This document shows, one piece after another, positions 37,590 through 50,585 of a stretch of 64,000 bases of DNA. How positions within the stretch are numbered: the first letter of the stretch is position 1; every line of letters begins with the position of its first letter. The notes beneath the pieces were generated by a model, which worked only from the letters and a program-made list of their open reading frames with translations, was not told where the DNA came from and did no database searches. Both the position numbers and the translations under genes were made by a program. The stretch is from Vicugna vicugna (taxonomy: Eukaryota): assembly GCA_013265495.1 (NCBI GenBank), contig MU058781.1, forward strand, positions 662,963 to 726,962, given 5' to 3'.

Positions 37590-38610
37590 TGTCAGTTCTA
37601 CTAAAATTTCTCCTTCTGTCTCCCTGAGCTTTTCTTCAGCTCATCTGCCTTGTTCCATTAACCTTGGTATTACTCAGGCAACCATCTTGATCATCTGCTC
37701 TTTCTGTTACAATTTTTACTAGGACCAGTTCATGCTATAGTCATAATTTTATTACTACGTACTGATGACTCTTTATAATCTATCCTCTCCATCCCAGATC
37801 TTCCCTTAAGCTCCAGACATGAATAACCAACATATATAATCCTTCTACTTCAGTGTATTTGCTGCTTAACTCAACATTTCTATTCTTGCATCCCTTCCTA
37901 ACTACCACCAGCCTGCTATTCATTATCCTCCCATGCCTCTAACAGGGGCTGATTGCATGACCCTTTTGCCTGTGTTACCTCCTAAACTTACTCAGATCTG
38001 TTCTTGCTTTTCCATTGCCACCACCATTTTCAGCTGTACGATCTTGGATTAGTTATTTAACCTCACTAAATCTTTAAATAATTCCCCCTACTTCTTGTCT
38101 TGCCTCCATTTAATTAATTCTCCATGTTGTAGCCACAGCTACCTACCTATAAAACAAATCTAATCATGCCGTCCCCTGCCTAGCAATATCTGTTGCAGCC
38201 CCGTTGCCTGTAAGCTAAAATTTAGTTGTTCAGTATTGCATTCAGCACATCCCTGATCCCAGTTACCTTTCTCTCTTCCATCATTTCTTGCTACCTCTTA
38301 TCCCTCTGTTAATTTCTTACCAGTGCCCATTTCCTGCCACCCACATATGTTGTTTCATCCCTCCATACTTTCCTTGCACTGTTCCCTTGGCTTTTAAAAG
38401 CCTTCTCATTGTTTACTCCTTTGGTCAACTCTCACTCATACTCCAATTTAAGCATCATCGCTTCCATGTAGCATCCGCTGAACCGAGTATTTAGACGACA
38501 TGCCTTCTTTTTCTATTTAACTATAATATCCTACACCATCACTAAGTTGATAGTGCTACGGTCATTTTCAAACTCGTGCTGAACTGTTATCTTATTCAAG
38601 TTTCATACAG
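37590..38610 (+). mobile_element. L2 LINE fragment(s), highly diverged
   Basis: cccagatcttcccttaagctccagac, ttaactcaacatttc, aaaacaaatctaatcatg and ccttgcactgttcccttggc are L2 landmarks in order. Confidence 0.7.
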
Positions 38611-39135
38611 GGTGACAATGAGGGAGGGAAGTAAATGGGATTCTGAGTCCAGCTTCACCTCAAATATGGAAACTTTGCGTTTATCTATTTTAAAATTGTT
38701 CACCCAGATAAGATTTCATTTAAAGAAAGTTCTCAGCAGCAACATCAGCCAGAAAGCAAATCCCCTGAAAGTCACTGCCATGTCATACTGAAGTTTTCTG
38801 CCTGTGACGGTTCCATGAAGTCTTCGATGTCATGCACCAGACATAGTGCTTAGCCACAACAGTTGTTGAACGAACACGTTTGGCTCACAGTAAACATTAA
38901 ACAAGTGATAATTGATAGCAGTAATCATATTTTTCATGCTAAATATTCAAAACTTAGTGTTTTCATATTTGGCAACTTTTTACCAAATAATACTTGTATA
39001 TGTGTGTTTATCAACACAGAAAGTTACATATATTTAACCTTCTTTAAATGTAGATATAAATGTGCATTTATATTTGTGTATAATGAACTGTATTTATATA
39101 GTTGATGCATTTGTATGTAATGAAGTTTGTATGTA

Positions 39136-39551
39136 TCACAGAGACTCTTCTCTTGACCGTACTTTGTTCAGATTCCTTGGAACTCTGCTGAACTAGATCT
39201 GATCTCGGCTTCTCCCTTTGTCCTTAGCATTCAGCTAAGCAAGAATTCTGCCGAATCAGTTTAGGGAAAATCCCACACCCTTGGTATCTGATGACCCTTG
39301 ATACCTTGTTACCCTGGCCTGACTTCAGCAAGAAGGTTCATTGAGTCATTCTAGTAAGTTGAGTCATTCTAGTAAGTTGAGTCATTCTAGTAAGAATTCC
39401 CCTTAGCCCTGATGTCTCCTCTCAGTGATTTCTCACCCCTGACCCCACGGCAGTGGTCCCTGCATCCAGCGTGCTGCCCCTCCACCCCCTCGAATAAGAT
39501 GGGCTTTACCATCCTTTCACAGTTGGCACTGGAAAATATTTCTCTTTAACA
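39136..39551 (+). mobile_element. MER31/MER67-like ERV1 solo LTR
   Basis: Starts tcacagagactcttctcttgacc; internal aagaattctgccgaatcagtttagggaaaatcccacacccttggtatctgat and cctgatgtctcctctcagtgattt; ends tttctctttaaca. Confidence 0.75.
39341..39394. repeat. Perfect tandem triplication, 3 x 18 bp (TTGAGTCATTCTAGTAAG)
   Basis: Copies at 39341, 39359 and 39377; each contains TGAGTCA. Confidence 0.97.
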
Positions 39552-41309
39552 GTTAGAACCATATTTTTCCTTAAAATGTATGTACCTGTTTATACTGGTA
39601 TGTGTGCTTATCATCTGCCTGTAAACAAGCATCTTTACCTGAAATTGCTCTAAGTAAGATGCCGGACCTTGAAATCCTGCCTTCCCTGTTTGAGGTATAG
39701 CAATTTTATCACATATTTACAAAGCTATGTTCTTAAAGTGGTTTGTAAGTGCTTTCGCACATAAGAATTCAACACAATTATCTATTGTCATCAGAATAGA
39801 CACAAAGGATAATAAGAAGCTCCTTCTGTCTTTAAACCATGCAGATCCCATGCCACATGCGTATCAATCTGCAAATCAGCCATAGACCCGAGAAGAGGCG
39901 GTTTATTGATTGCACAACCCAAGCTGCTCTAAATATGCGATTGTCACTGTGAGAAGTGAAGGCAGAGACTTGGAGGCAGCCTGAGATCATCATCCAAACA
40001 ATATGTGTGGACTTTCACAAAGGGAATCTGAGACTGCAGCTGTTTAGGACATGGCTAAATAGGCCGTGGCTTAAATTATGAAGGGCTGACAAGTCATTCA
40101 GAAGTTAAATCATAGATAGACAAACTCCAGGCCTTGTGGTTTAAGACACACAAATTTGTCACTGTCTAAGCAGGGGATGCTGGACAAGAGTTTCTATGAT
40201 ATCAAAACTCATCATCCTAAAATAGAATTCAGGGGAAAATTAAATGGATTTTTAAAAATCAGTTAACATAATGTATTACTTATTAAATTCTTTCATAGAG
40301 CAAATAGAAGACTAATTTCTCTGGAGCCATTCATGCCCCCAAAAGTTATAATTAAAGACACAAATTGAATGATTTTAATAACGATGAACGTTCACCTTTC
40401 TGGTGCTTAGATATGGTAATATGGGAGTCACAGAAGGACTCCGTCTTCCACTTTCATTTAACTTTCTCTCCTGGGATTTATAAGGGCACTTTTCCCTCAT
40501 GTATTTATTTATGGACATTAAAATATCAGGACTTGAGTGGCTGTTTTTCAAAGACAGGATTAGTGTCGCCTGCTCAAAAAAAAAAAGAAGGAGCTTGGAG
40601 ACTATAAAAGGATTTCTGAACTTCCCAGTGTGCACATCTCTGCATGTTTACATCTTCGTATCTTTCCTCTTGTTCAGGGTCCTGCCAGGAACATGGATTT
40701 GCACGTATGTTGGCACACTGCCTCTGTTGTTTCCCTTTTTCCCGAACACAATTAATGATCAATGAAGACTTGACACAAAGCACTCGTAATGGAAAAGGGA
40801 AGTCAGAAATATGCTTAAAAGATGATGGCAAAATGCAGTATTAAAACTTGCTGGAAAATAAGCAACCTCTGCAAGCTGGTTGGTCTGAATATTTGTAGTT
40901 TTGTATCATTTAGGAAAATCCTATTATGGCCTTAGCCACAGACGCATCCCTGGTGTGCAAGATAGAGGCAGTTCATAAAATACACAGCATTTTCAGCCAG
41001 AAAATAGGGCAACCTATTGCTTTCTGTGCATGGCTGTTACACCCCAGATCCCATCAATAGAACATAATCTCATTGCAGCAGGCGATACATGGTATCAATG
41101 AAACAGGAGTATTTTTAGATATGTGCTGACCGCTTCTACCTAAAGAACAGAAAGATTTTGTGTTTTCCTAATGACTAGGATCTTCAGAACTATATTTGTA
41201 AAACAAGGTAGTAAAACAAAGAGGTGCAGTAGTTAAACATAGGTACTCAGAGAATTCTATTTAATTTTTCTTTTTCTTTTCAGCCTCTTTCTCTCTCTCT
41301 TGCATAAAC

Positions 41310-41880
41310 CGTCATTTCTCCAGCTGCCATTACAAAATGATCTGAGTCATGGTGTCAGCTACATAATTAATCCTCCCATCAGTGGATGCCAAATTAGATG
41401 TCTGTTTCCGTAATGCCCTCTCGCTGATAGAGAAGGGGGCTCTATGTGCATTTGACACTTGATCAGTATAATTCCCCCAAAGATTAGGAGAGATGCCAAA
41501 TTCCAGAAGCTTCTGTGTGTACCTACCTAATAGTAGATGGGCTACACACCCAACCTGGCCGGTCTCCACTCAGGCAAAATAAAATAAATTTTGCTGGGCT
41601 GTTATCACAATGATTAAAATATAATAAGCTAATGAGATTACACCAGCTGATTGTGAACACGACCAATTGTGTTAATTGGAAGCTCCTGAATGGCAATTTT
41701 AGCTGCTGCTGAGTTTTGAAATACAATCAGTTTTACTAATTTTATCTGATTTCTTAATGAAACTTGCCCTGAGCAATTGCTCTATGTGTTCTTTAGCAAA
41801 CTGTGTGTGTCATAACTGCTGACATTAATCTCGATTACTTTAGTTAAAATAAATAGTTATACTCGGGTGGCTTTCAGAAA
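41310..41880. promoter_or_regulatory. Candidate conserved non-coding element / enhancer
   Basis: Unique sequence with TGAGTCA (41343), TAATTAAT, CAGCTG and inverted CCAATT-N5-AATTGG (41663-41679); conservation inferred. Confidence 0.5.
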
Positions 41881-42719
41881 ATACATCATAGTAGATGTAA
41901 CGCTGGAAAGCAAGTAGCTTTTTTGTCTTGTTCTTTGTTTCTTTGGCTACATTTTATTATTTGGAGCACTCCAACCATGGAAATCCTCCTTTGGTGTTAC
42001 CAGATCCTGCCCAGAGTCTCACTGTCTTAATCCAGAAGAGCTACTATTTGTTGTTTTGTAATAGTCCTCCTCTGTCATTTGAGGGATGAAGGTAAGAGTT
42101 GTGCTGAGGAGAAATTAACTGATGTCAAATGTAGCTGGTCTACAAGACTAGGAGGGGGAAAAAAAGTTGTTGAAATATTTAGAGACAGTTTCCATCCGAG
42201 CGCTTGACTTCGGCAGCACACAGATCATAGCATCAGTACCAGCCACCAGCATTAATGGCTGGGACTCCAGGAGAGCAAGCACTCGAGTTGTTTGTTTTCA
42301 CAGTGGATTAATATACATCGGATGGCTCCTTTGAGCTTTTTAAGTGCATTGGAAGACTGCCATGCCATGCAGCCAGTAGTAAAAGACTGGAGATGCTAAG
42401 AAAAAATAAAGTTTGGGGAAACCAGAAATGCCATTTACACAAGCAAAAGAAACATCTCTCATCCCCTGATTTTTTTTTACCCACAGTCTTTCAACATCCG
42501 CAGTTAAGATTGTATATTTAGATTATTTAATGCTTGTGAGCAAAGGTTAAATGGGTTTTTATAGGAACAAATGAGAGGATGGGATAAAACCTTTTGGGAT
42601 CCCATGAAACATCTAAAAATGAGACAGTGTATATTAGAACATCACGGAAAAGCAATTTTAAAATTAAGTGCTTACATGAGCAAAGGTGTTATACCACTCC
42701 CTCCTCCATCCACGCTGAT

Positions 42720-43260
42720 ATTTTAAAACTTTTTTTATTGAGTTACAATGTTGTACGCAGGTGGATGCATAAATTGTACAAATTGTAAATATACAACTGG
42801 ATTTTTTTAGGTATGTATATATCATGTAATTGCCACTCAGATTAAGAGACCAAGACTGGAGCCTTTCTAGTACCCCAGATTCACTTTATAATTATTTTAT
42901 CTATATTGGTATTTAATTTTGTCTAGATATTTGTATTTGTAAAAGAAATTAGTAAGTGACTCCATTTCTCATTCTATACTTAGCTAGGTTTGCTATTGAG
43001 CTATATTGGCTTGTACATTAGAGTTTTCCAAGTGTTTCTTTTCCTACTTTCTGGAACAGTGTACAAAGTTATAGATTATTTCTTTCTTGAAATTTTGATA
43101 GAACTCTCCTGGAAAACCATCTGGCCCATCTATTCTTTTGTTCACATTTCTGTGTGGTCATTTTAAGTTATTTCTCTTTTACTAGAAAATTGTCAATTTC
43201 AACGAAGTTTCAAAATTACTGGTCTGTATTTATCACTCAAAGAAGTGTAATATTTATTTA
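42720..43260 (-). mobile_element. Ancient L1 (L1ME-like) fragments
   Basis: ttttttattgagttacaat...catgtaattgccactcagattaaga and gatagaactctcctggaaaaccatctggccc. Confidence 0.55.
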
Positions 43261-43639
43261 TTTTTATAAAGCTTCCTGGCTTTTGTTTAGTTTTGAAAAA
43301 TCCAGTTGAACATGTGTGTAAAACTTGAATTTTAGAGGCTGCATTTTGCCTGTTGCACGTTCCATTCACACATGTAATGGGACATGGATGTGGAAAATAA
43401 GCCTTTGATCAAATGGTATATTTGCTCAGAAATAAAGTAAGGAGTATATTTGATGTTAGGGTTGAAAAAAAAGGAAAGCTCTCAATTCAAACTCAAGGAC
43501 AAAGAACACTGGTTTAAAAAAAATAACAACAGGGAAACAACTTTGTTACTATTTGCAGGAAAGTATTTGACCTGCATCCTTCAGACAGTTCATGTAACAG
43601 CATATTGTTTTCATGGCCTTCTGTTTTGATGTAATTTCA

Positions 43640-43775
43640 GACTTACAGAAGGGTGTCAAGAATCAGTAAAGGAACTCCTAAATACCCTTTACCATTTACT
43701 GTTACTGTTCCCTGTTTACATTTTGCCCCAATTGCTGTATCATTTTCTCTCACTCTTCTAATCTCTCTGGAAAAG

Positions 43776-43830
<55 letters not shown>

Positions 43831-44835
43831 AAGATAATGTAGATGGGGAGATAGACACTTACTTTTCTTAACCAATTGAGAGTAAGTTGTAATCAGCATG
43901 GCCCATAAATACATCCTTCAGTCTGCATTTCCAAATAATAAAGAACATTCTCGGACAGAACCACAGTACAGTTATCAATGTCAGAAATTTAACAGTGATG
44001 GAATGACTCTTGTCTAATTTACTGTCCATATTCACTTTGTACCAATCATTCCAGTAGTGCCCTTCATACCTTAAACTTTTTTTTTAACCAGTTTAAGATC
44101 AAGGCCATGATTATGCATTGCATTTTACTTAAGTAATATCTTGCTAATCACCTTTAATCTGGAATATTTTCTGTCTTCGTGTTTCTTGTTTGTTTTGTAG
44201 AATGCCCCTCAATTTGGGCTTGCCTGATGTTTCCTTACAATTCCATTCAGCTGATAATTTTTGGTAGGGATATCACAAAAGTGATGCCCTTTCCTTCCCA
44301 GTTTATTTTATTAGAAGATGCATGTTGTGTTGTCAGTCTGTCCAAATAGTGATGTAACGTTTGAAGACTGAGTTAATATCCATTAGGTTCCTACATTGTA
44401 AAGCCAATATTTCCCCCATGGTTAAGAAGAAAGTTACTGGGAGACTCTATGAGTCTATGTAAGCATGTTGTTCTATGTTAAATTTTCACCACTAGTTTTA
44501 TTATTTATTGATGATTTTCTAACCACATATTATTATACAATTGTTCGTCAACTCTCTCCCTAGGGAAGAGATTTTCCTTCCCTCTGTTGACTTATTTTTT
44601 CATTTATTTTATTTTAGCCACATGGGCAGATAGATTTCACTTTATTGAATGAGTTATCATCTATTTTTTAATCATAATTTATTTTGAAGTTTGGGTTGTC
44701 TGTAGTCGACTATGTGTGGCTCTTTCAAGTTAACTGTTGTCCTTTTAACACACTCTTTGGTGTGGTTCTCTGAGCATTGTCTTACTTTCTGGGAAAACAG
44801 TAAGTTCTAGCCACTTAAATTTTTCACTGCCAAGA
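43640..44835 (-). mobile_element. L1MC-type 3' UTR fragment
   Basis: ccaattgagagtaagttgta, aaccacagtacagttatcaatgtcagaaatttaacagtgat and gtagaatgcccctcaatttgggcttgcctgatgtttcc. Confidence 0.8.
43777..43828. repeat. (GATA)13 tetranucleotide microsatellite
   Basis: Read directly. Confidence 0.97.
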
Positions 44836-46020
44836 TTTCCCTTTTTAAAAAAACTTAAACATTTAGAGAATTCATTGAAGAGTTCATTTGTGAGCTGCTC
44901 TTCCCAGTGAAAAGAGGAATGGTTACGTGCTGTGATTTTTGGAATAACAGGGAAGATGTTAATCTCTGAATTCCTTCTCTCCCCATGGACTGAAATTTCA
45001 TCCTCAGAACTTCATCCTCAGTGACTGTAATCCCTTAATTACATTAATCTCTAAAAGTACAGGAACTATGTCTGTTGTATTTACAAATATATATCTCTAG
45101 GCATCACAACAAAGAAATGGTTATTGAGTGACTTAAATGCATGAACGAATGAATCATAAGGAGCCATAGAAGAGTAAGTTAGGAACAGGCAACTCAAATA
45201 TTGCCTTTAACTTTTCCCCTGTTGTGGGTTAAACCTCATTATTAAAACTTCATTCATATATTTCAGTGATCTTACTATTAATACATTTTCTCCCTTGGAT
45301 CCTATGTTTTGAAAGGCTTGTCTCACAGGACAACTGCATTGCTCCAGGATCTTAAGGAATTTGCCCAGCTATCACAAGCTGCTTGCTACAAATGGGGCTT
45401 CAGTAACACTAACCATTCAAATGTCAGTGCCACCTCATGTTGCTTCTTTTTATACCAAATCTCAGCATCCTGCCAAGTCTCAGATTTGGAGTCTGTATCT
45501 GAAGACAGGGCAGAGATAACAAAATTTTCTGTGTTGATTGTAGAGTTAAACTTTTAGTAGTAGAACGTACAACATACTACATAAAGAATTGAGTATTGTT
45601 TGAAATACCAAAGAATTGTATTCATTTGGACCAAAAATTTAAAAAAAAAGTTATATGTTACCCTCCTCAAGCCACTGTCTTAAAACTAGTAAGACAAAAA
45701 CTCATTGCATGAAGAACAGGTTTATTGAAGGTTTGTACTTCCCAACATTTTGACTATTTCAGAGTTTGCCTTTTTCTAAGTCGTCAGAGATGGCTTTATC
45801 ACACAAGGTAAAAACTACTGGCCTCCGGGAGACAGAAATCAGCCAAAATATTTCTGTGCTCCCTTCCAGATTCAGTATCCAGTAATGTCAAAGGGTAACT
45901 TACAGAGCTCTCCCTTCTCTGAATGCAGAAATATTCGAGTGTCTGAATGATCTCAGGCTGCAGAATAAGCAAGACTCCTAGGATCTGAATCTCTGCCTGG
46001 TATAACCTGGTGGGCATTCC

Positions 46021-46366
46021 TGCTGTGGTCTGAATGTTTGCGCCCTCCCCAAATTCGTCTGTTGAGCTACCTAATGCCCAGAGAGATGGTGCTAGGAAGT
46101 GGAGCTGAGGGGAAGAGCTTGGGTCATGTGGGTGGAACCCTTGAGAATAGGATTAGTGCCTTTATAAAAGAGACTCCAGAGTGATCTCTGGCTCCGTCTG
46201 CCACCAGAGGATACAATGAAAAGTCTGGAGGAGCACCCTCACCTGGTTGTGTTGGCACCCCTCCTCAAATTTCCAGCCTCCAGAACTGTGAGAAACACAT
46301 TTTCTGTTTTTTGTAAGCCACTCAGTCTGTGATATTTTGTTATGACGGCCCAGATGGACTGAGATA
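46021..46366 (+). mobile_element. MLT1A-type MaLR solo LTR, full length
   Basis: Starts tgctgtggtctgaatgtttg; ggattagtgcctttataaaagagactccagag; ttccagcctccagaactgtgagaaa; ends ggactgagata. Confidence 0.92.
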
Positions 46367-47792
46367 CCATCCCCAGGTTAAAGTGAAGGGCCCTCATCAT
46401 TTTATGACATGTGTTCAGAACACAAAGAGGCACCTTGTATTTAGAGAAATATGTGCAATTAAAAATAACATTTCTTTAAAAGGCCCCCCAAAAAGACTCA
46501 TAAGGGGAATTTGAAGATATTATACTGCTTACTTCCTTAGAATCTTATATTTTAGAAGAGACCAGAAATGCTGGTCTATCTCGCTTGAAAAGAACAGACA
46601 ATGGCAGTGCGAGGATTCCGCGGACTTCCCACGGTAAAGCGAGCCGACTGCTGCCGCCGTCAGAGGCGCTGGGCTCTTCCCAGACTCTCTCTTCTTGGAC
46701 AGCCCTTTGTTGTTCAGTTTACTTCTCTGTCATATAGCATAATACTGAATTTGTAAATCAGCGTGAAGGTAACATAAGATTAAGTATATAAAGGATTTAA
46801 TCTGTGGAGATTCATTGTGTACCTAGTACACAATTGAACATATTCATAAGGCTGACATTTCCTGAAGGTTCATCTGAGTGAGCTGTTCTAACTATTATTT
46901 TCCAAAATTTTCCTGGCAGTGAATTTCAGTATATGTCTACGTCATGGAATCGCTTTGCTTTGATTTTCTCATCGATCACTCTAGGCAGTGAGTGTCCAGT
47001 AGTCAATGGCCGGTTAGAGCCTTGCCGATTATTTTGCACACACTGCCATAGACGGGGGTGTAGTCATCGTGGGCAGTTCTCAGCAGTGCTTACCTACATT
47101 TTTTTCAGTTGTATTTGAAGTTCTAGAATGTGTATGATTAGACATGAATCATCTTTTTTTTTTAATTAATCCAGCGCATGAATTATATATTCATTTGTTC
47201 AGGTCTCTGAACCTGTCATAGGGACAGGCATTTAACAGAATTTGTAAATGCCTGTCGAAATCCCTTCTTAGTCACAGTCAACACTATGGTGCCCTCTTAA
47301 GAAATGCGATCTTTATACCTGTTGTTTCATTGCTGACAAGCGTGAGTTTGTGATTTTTTTTTTCAAGTAAATAAGTAAACTATGATAAGATCACAAGATC
47401 TTCTGGAGTAGCATGTTTATATCAAAAGATCACACATAGATTTACTCAACATACTTGAATAATATGGTTTCTTATTTAAGCTTATATTATCACCTTAGAT
47501 ATTAGTTAAATTTTGATTTACTGTGTTTACCTAGGGATAGCATATTCGTAGATGTTTATTTTAGAAGGTCATTATCTACTGATGTTGTTAATCTGTCCCT
47601 GATAATCTAATTTCATTTTAAGCTTATGGCTCTAATGTGGGATTTCTTGTCTTAAGTTCTTCCCCAACCATATGTCACCCAGATTGCAGATTATTCAATA
47701 CCTGTTTCTTGAATTAATAAATTTCATTGAATAAGTAAATTGAGGCAGGGAGAGATAAAGAATCTGTCAGAATTTCATTTTAAAATAATATT

Positions 47793-47904
47793 TTGGGGGG
47801 AGGAGGTAATTAGATTTATTTATTTTTGGAGCAGGTACTGGGAGTTGAACCCAGGACCTTGTGCATGCTGAACACGTGCTCTACCACGGAGCTATACCCT
47901 CCCC
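47793..47904 (-). mobile_element. tRNA-derived SINE (camelid vic-1-like) with 19-bp target-site duplication
   Basis: Minus strand GGGGAGGGTATAGCTCCGTGGTAGAGCAC...GGGTTCAACTCCCAGTACC with Pol III A and B boxes; TTCATTTTAAAATAATATT flanks at 47774-47792 and 47905-47923. Confidence 0.92.
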
Positions 47905-48869
47905 TTCATTTTAAAATAATATTAAAAGGAGACAACAGGAGAGTAATAGAAGTACAGGGAGGTCAAGTACTCACTAGTTTCTCCTTGCTTACAGTTTCCC
48001 CTTTGATTTAGGGATTTACAAGGATAATTTGAAGTGTGAAACATTGTAGATAAGTTTGTCTCCTTTAGACCGCGTTTCCTCACTGACGCTAAATGAGTGC
48101 ACACTACTGCCCTCCCTGCCGTCGGTCTCCCTCAACTTGTGTTCCTTCTCTGGTGGAAGAATCCGTGGTTTACAGAGGCACATTACATTTACAGGGGAGG
48201 GGAGAGTTAATAAAAGGAAGCTAAAAAAGAAAAGAAATATAGAAAAATTTTATGAACACTGAGCAGTGAGGTCAAATATAATTCCCCATTCTTTCAGAAA
48301 TTCTCCATTCTTCCTTCCACACTTCACTCACTTCTAGTCATCTGTCATCCTAAGACCCCTTGAGTACCTAACGCAGGTCCCCCATCTCATCCACACACAC
48401 CTGCCATTAGTGTTGCGGTATCAGAACTTGAATGGCTTCCCAACTCAACCAACCAGTCCTTTCTTCCGTTGTCTAGTTAACGTGTTTTAAGATCATTGCC
48501 TCTTTATTTAGGTTGTTCCAAAAATATAGCTACTTAGCTATGTAATCTGAATTATGCTCTCCTCCAAAGCATGTATCAAATTGTAAAATGCAATTTTGAA
48601 TATGTTTTCCTTCCCACAAAATACCAGAAGGAGTTTAATGAGAACCCACAAATTTCCTTACCATTTCTCAAGCAGAAATAACACAATATTGCATCTCTGA
48701 TTTCAGTTGGTGGGAGAACAGTGTTAGTAGCTCCTTTCAGTGAGAGAGTCACATTTCACGTGCCAGAATCCATTTTCAAATTCAGCTATCAATTTAGGGG
48801 TTGTTAAAGGGAAAATGACTGAGAAGAAATAAAAAACAAGTATTCCAAGACCAATATGCGGAGAGAACT

Positions 48870-48985
48870 GCGCTAAAAATCAAGTCTCAGCTTTGCCACA
48901 AACAAGTTGTGTGATTTCAGGCAAATGATTAAACTCTGTGAAACTCAAATTTCTCAATATAAACCGAGTGATAGCATCGTATGTC
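48870..48985 (+). mobile_element. MIR fragment
   Basis: cagctttgccacaaacaagttgtgtgatttcaggcaaatgattaaactctgtgaaactcaaatttctc. Confidence 0.7.
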
Positions 48986-49284
48986 TCTCCTTTAAGATTA
49001 ATAATCCGTCAGTCTGTATAAAATCATGTTCTAATCTACCACTGGAATTTCCCTAGGGAATTTTTAAAGAATCCCCACTTGCATATAGTAAGTTTTGGGT
49101 ATTTCAATATTCAGAGAGAAATAATGCGTCTTCCTGGCATTGTGCCCAGTGGACCGGGTTGGGAAGGGAGGCCACTTCAGGGGTACGGCAGGTCAGAAGA
49201 GAACTAGAATGAAATGGATTCTTCTGTTTTGAGCCCTGTGTGATCTGTTACTGAAATGTTTTAAACCTGGATTTATTAATTTTT

Positions 49285-50585
49285 TTTAGCATTTAAATGT
49301 TAAAATAGTATATGCTCATTGTTTAAAAAGCAAGAAATTCAGAAGAGTAGAACATAAAATGTGAAAATTCTCTGCTCATCTTCCCCAAGTCCCATGGCCC
49401 AGAGTGGCCATTCTTGAGAAGCTGATGTATGCTCCTTTTTTTTTCCTGTGCAGCACCCACAGAGCAACACAGAAGTAGAAGCCGAGTTTAATTTTACTGT
49501 GGTTTGTTCTAGCACACAATACTTTGCAACTTGCTGTTTTTACTTAACTAGGTGTGAACATTGCTCTATGCCAGTGCATTAGGAGTTTGCTCATTAAAAT
49601 ATGTATATTTTTACAATGTTCCATTGAATGGATAAATCAACATTTATCCATTAATGTAGTGATGGTCAACTGCTTTGTTTGTAATGTTTTGTGTTATTAA
49701 AAAACAGTGGCCTGCACGTTCACTTCCTATAAACATAAATGTATGTCTGTAGCAGTCCCTAAGGTAGGACTTACCCATTACAATGTACTCATAGTAAGTA
49801 GCAAACTGGTGTATTATCCTCTGAAGCATATTGTACCAGTTTGTGTTGCACGCCTCTTCAAAACTGGGTTTTAGGCACCGTATTACATTGGAAAAATATG
49901 GTGAGCAGAGGATTGGGTCTCACTGCTCTTTTATTTTAAACTTGTTTGTGAGGATTTTGTACATTTCTTATTAATTTTATTCCTAAACACTTTGTGTTGC
50001 TATTGTAAATTAAATCATCTTAATACATGTTATGATTATTGAAATTTTTAAAACTTCTGTTATTTTCATACATTTATAATATAGAGAGCCACCTTGATGA
50101 AATCTCCTATCATTCTTAATAGTATGTTTTTCCTTTACTTTCCCGTTTATTGCCCATTGGTAAGGCCCTCTAATACAAAAATGGAAGAATTCAGACAATA
50201 TAATACATTAACAAATTAAAATATACAAATATTATTTCACAATATTGATAGATGCCAAGGAAATATAAAGATTTTAATATTTTCCTTGAAGCTAGTAATA
50301 TACTGAATTATCTAATCATTTTTTGAAATGTTAACCAATCCTTGACATCCTGAATTCAATACATTTTGACACCATTGCCTAAAGTGTGTTAATGCTTTAT
50401 TAAGGAACTTGGTCTGCCCATGTGTAAATCATGTTAATCTACAGCTTGGTGCAATTTGTGTCAGAAACATACTAGCCTTACAGACTAAATCAAGGAAATT
50501 TCCATACTTTTCTGTGTTCTGAAGTAATTTACATAGGAATTATCTTGTGTTGAGAGCTTGATAGAATATTTCTGTCAAAATAATA
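49285..50585 (-). mobile_element. Ancient L1 (L1ME-like) 3' UTR and ORF2 remnants
   Basis: ttccattgaatggataaatcaacatttatcc, ttattaattttattcctaaac and gatagaatatttctgtcaaaa. Confidence 0.6.

Noticed and set aside
47793..47904. Functional tRNA gene
   Set aside because: Has a SINE tail and TSD, and the cloverleaf stems are imperfect; it is a tRNA-derived SINE.
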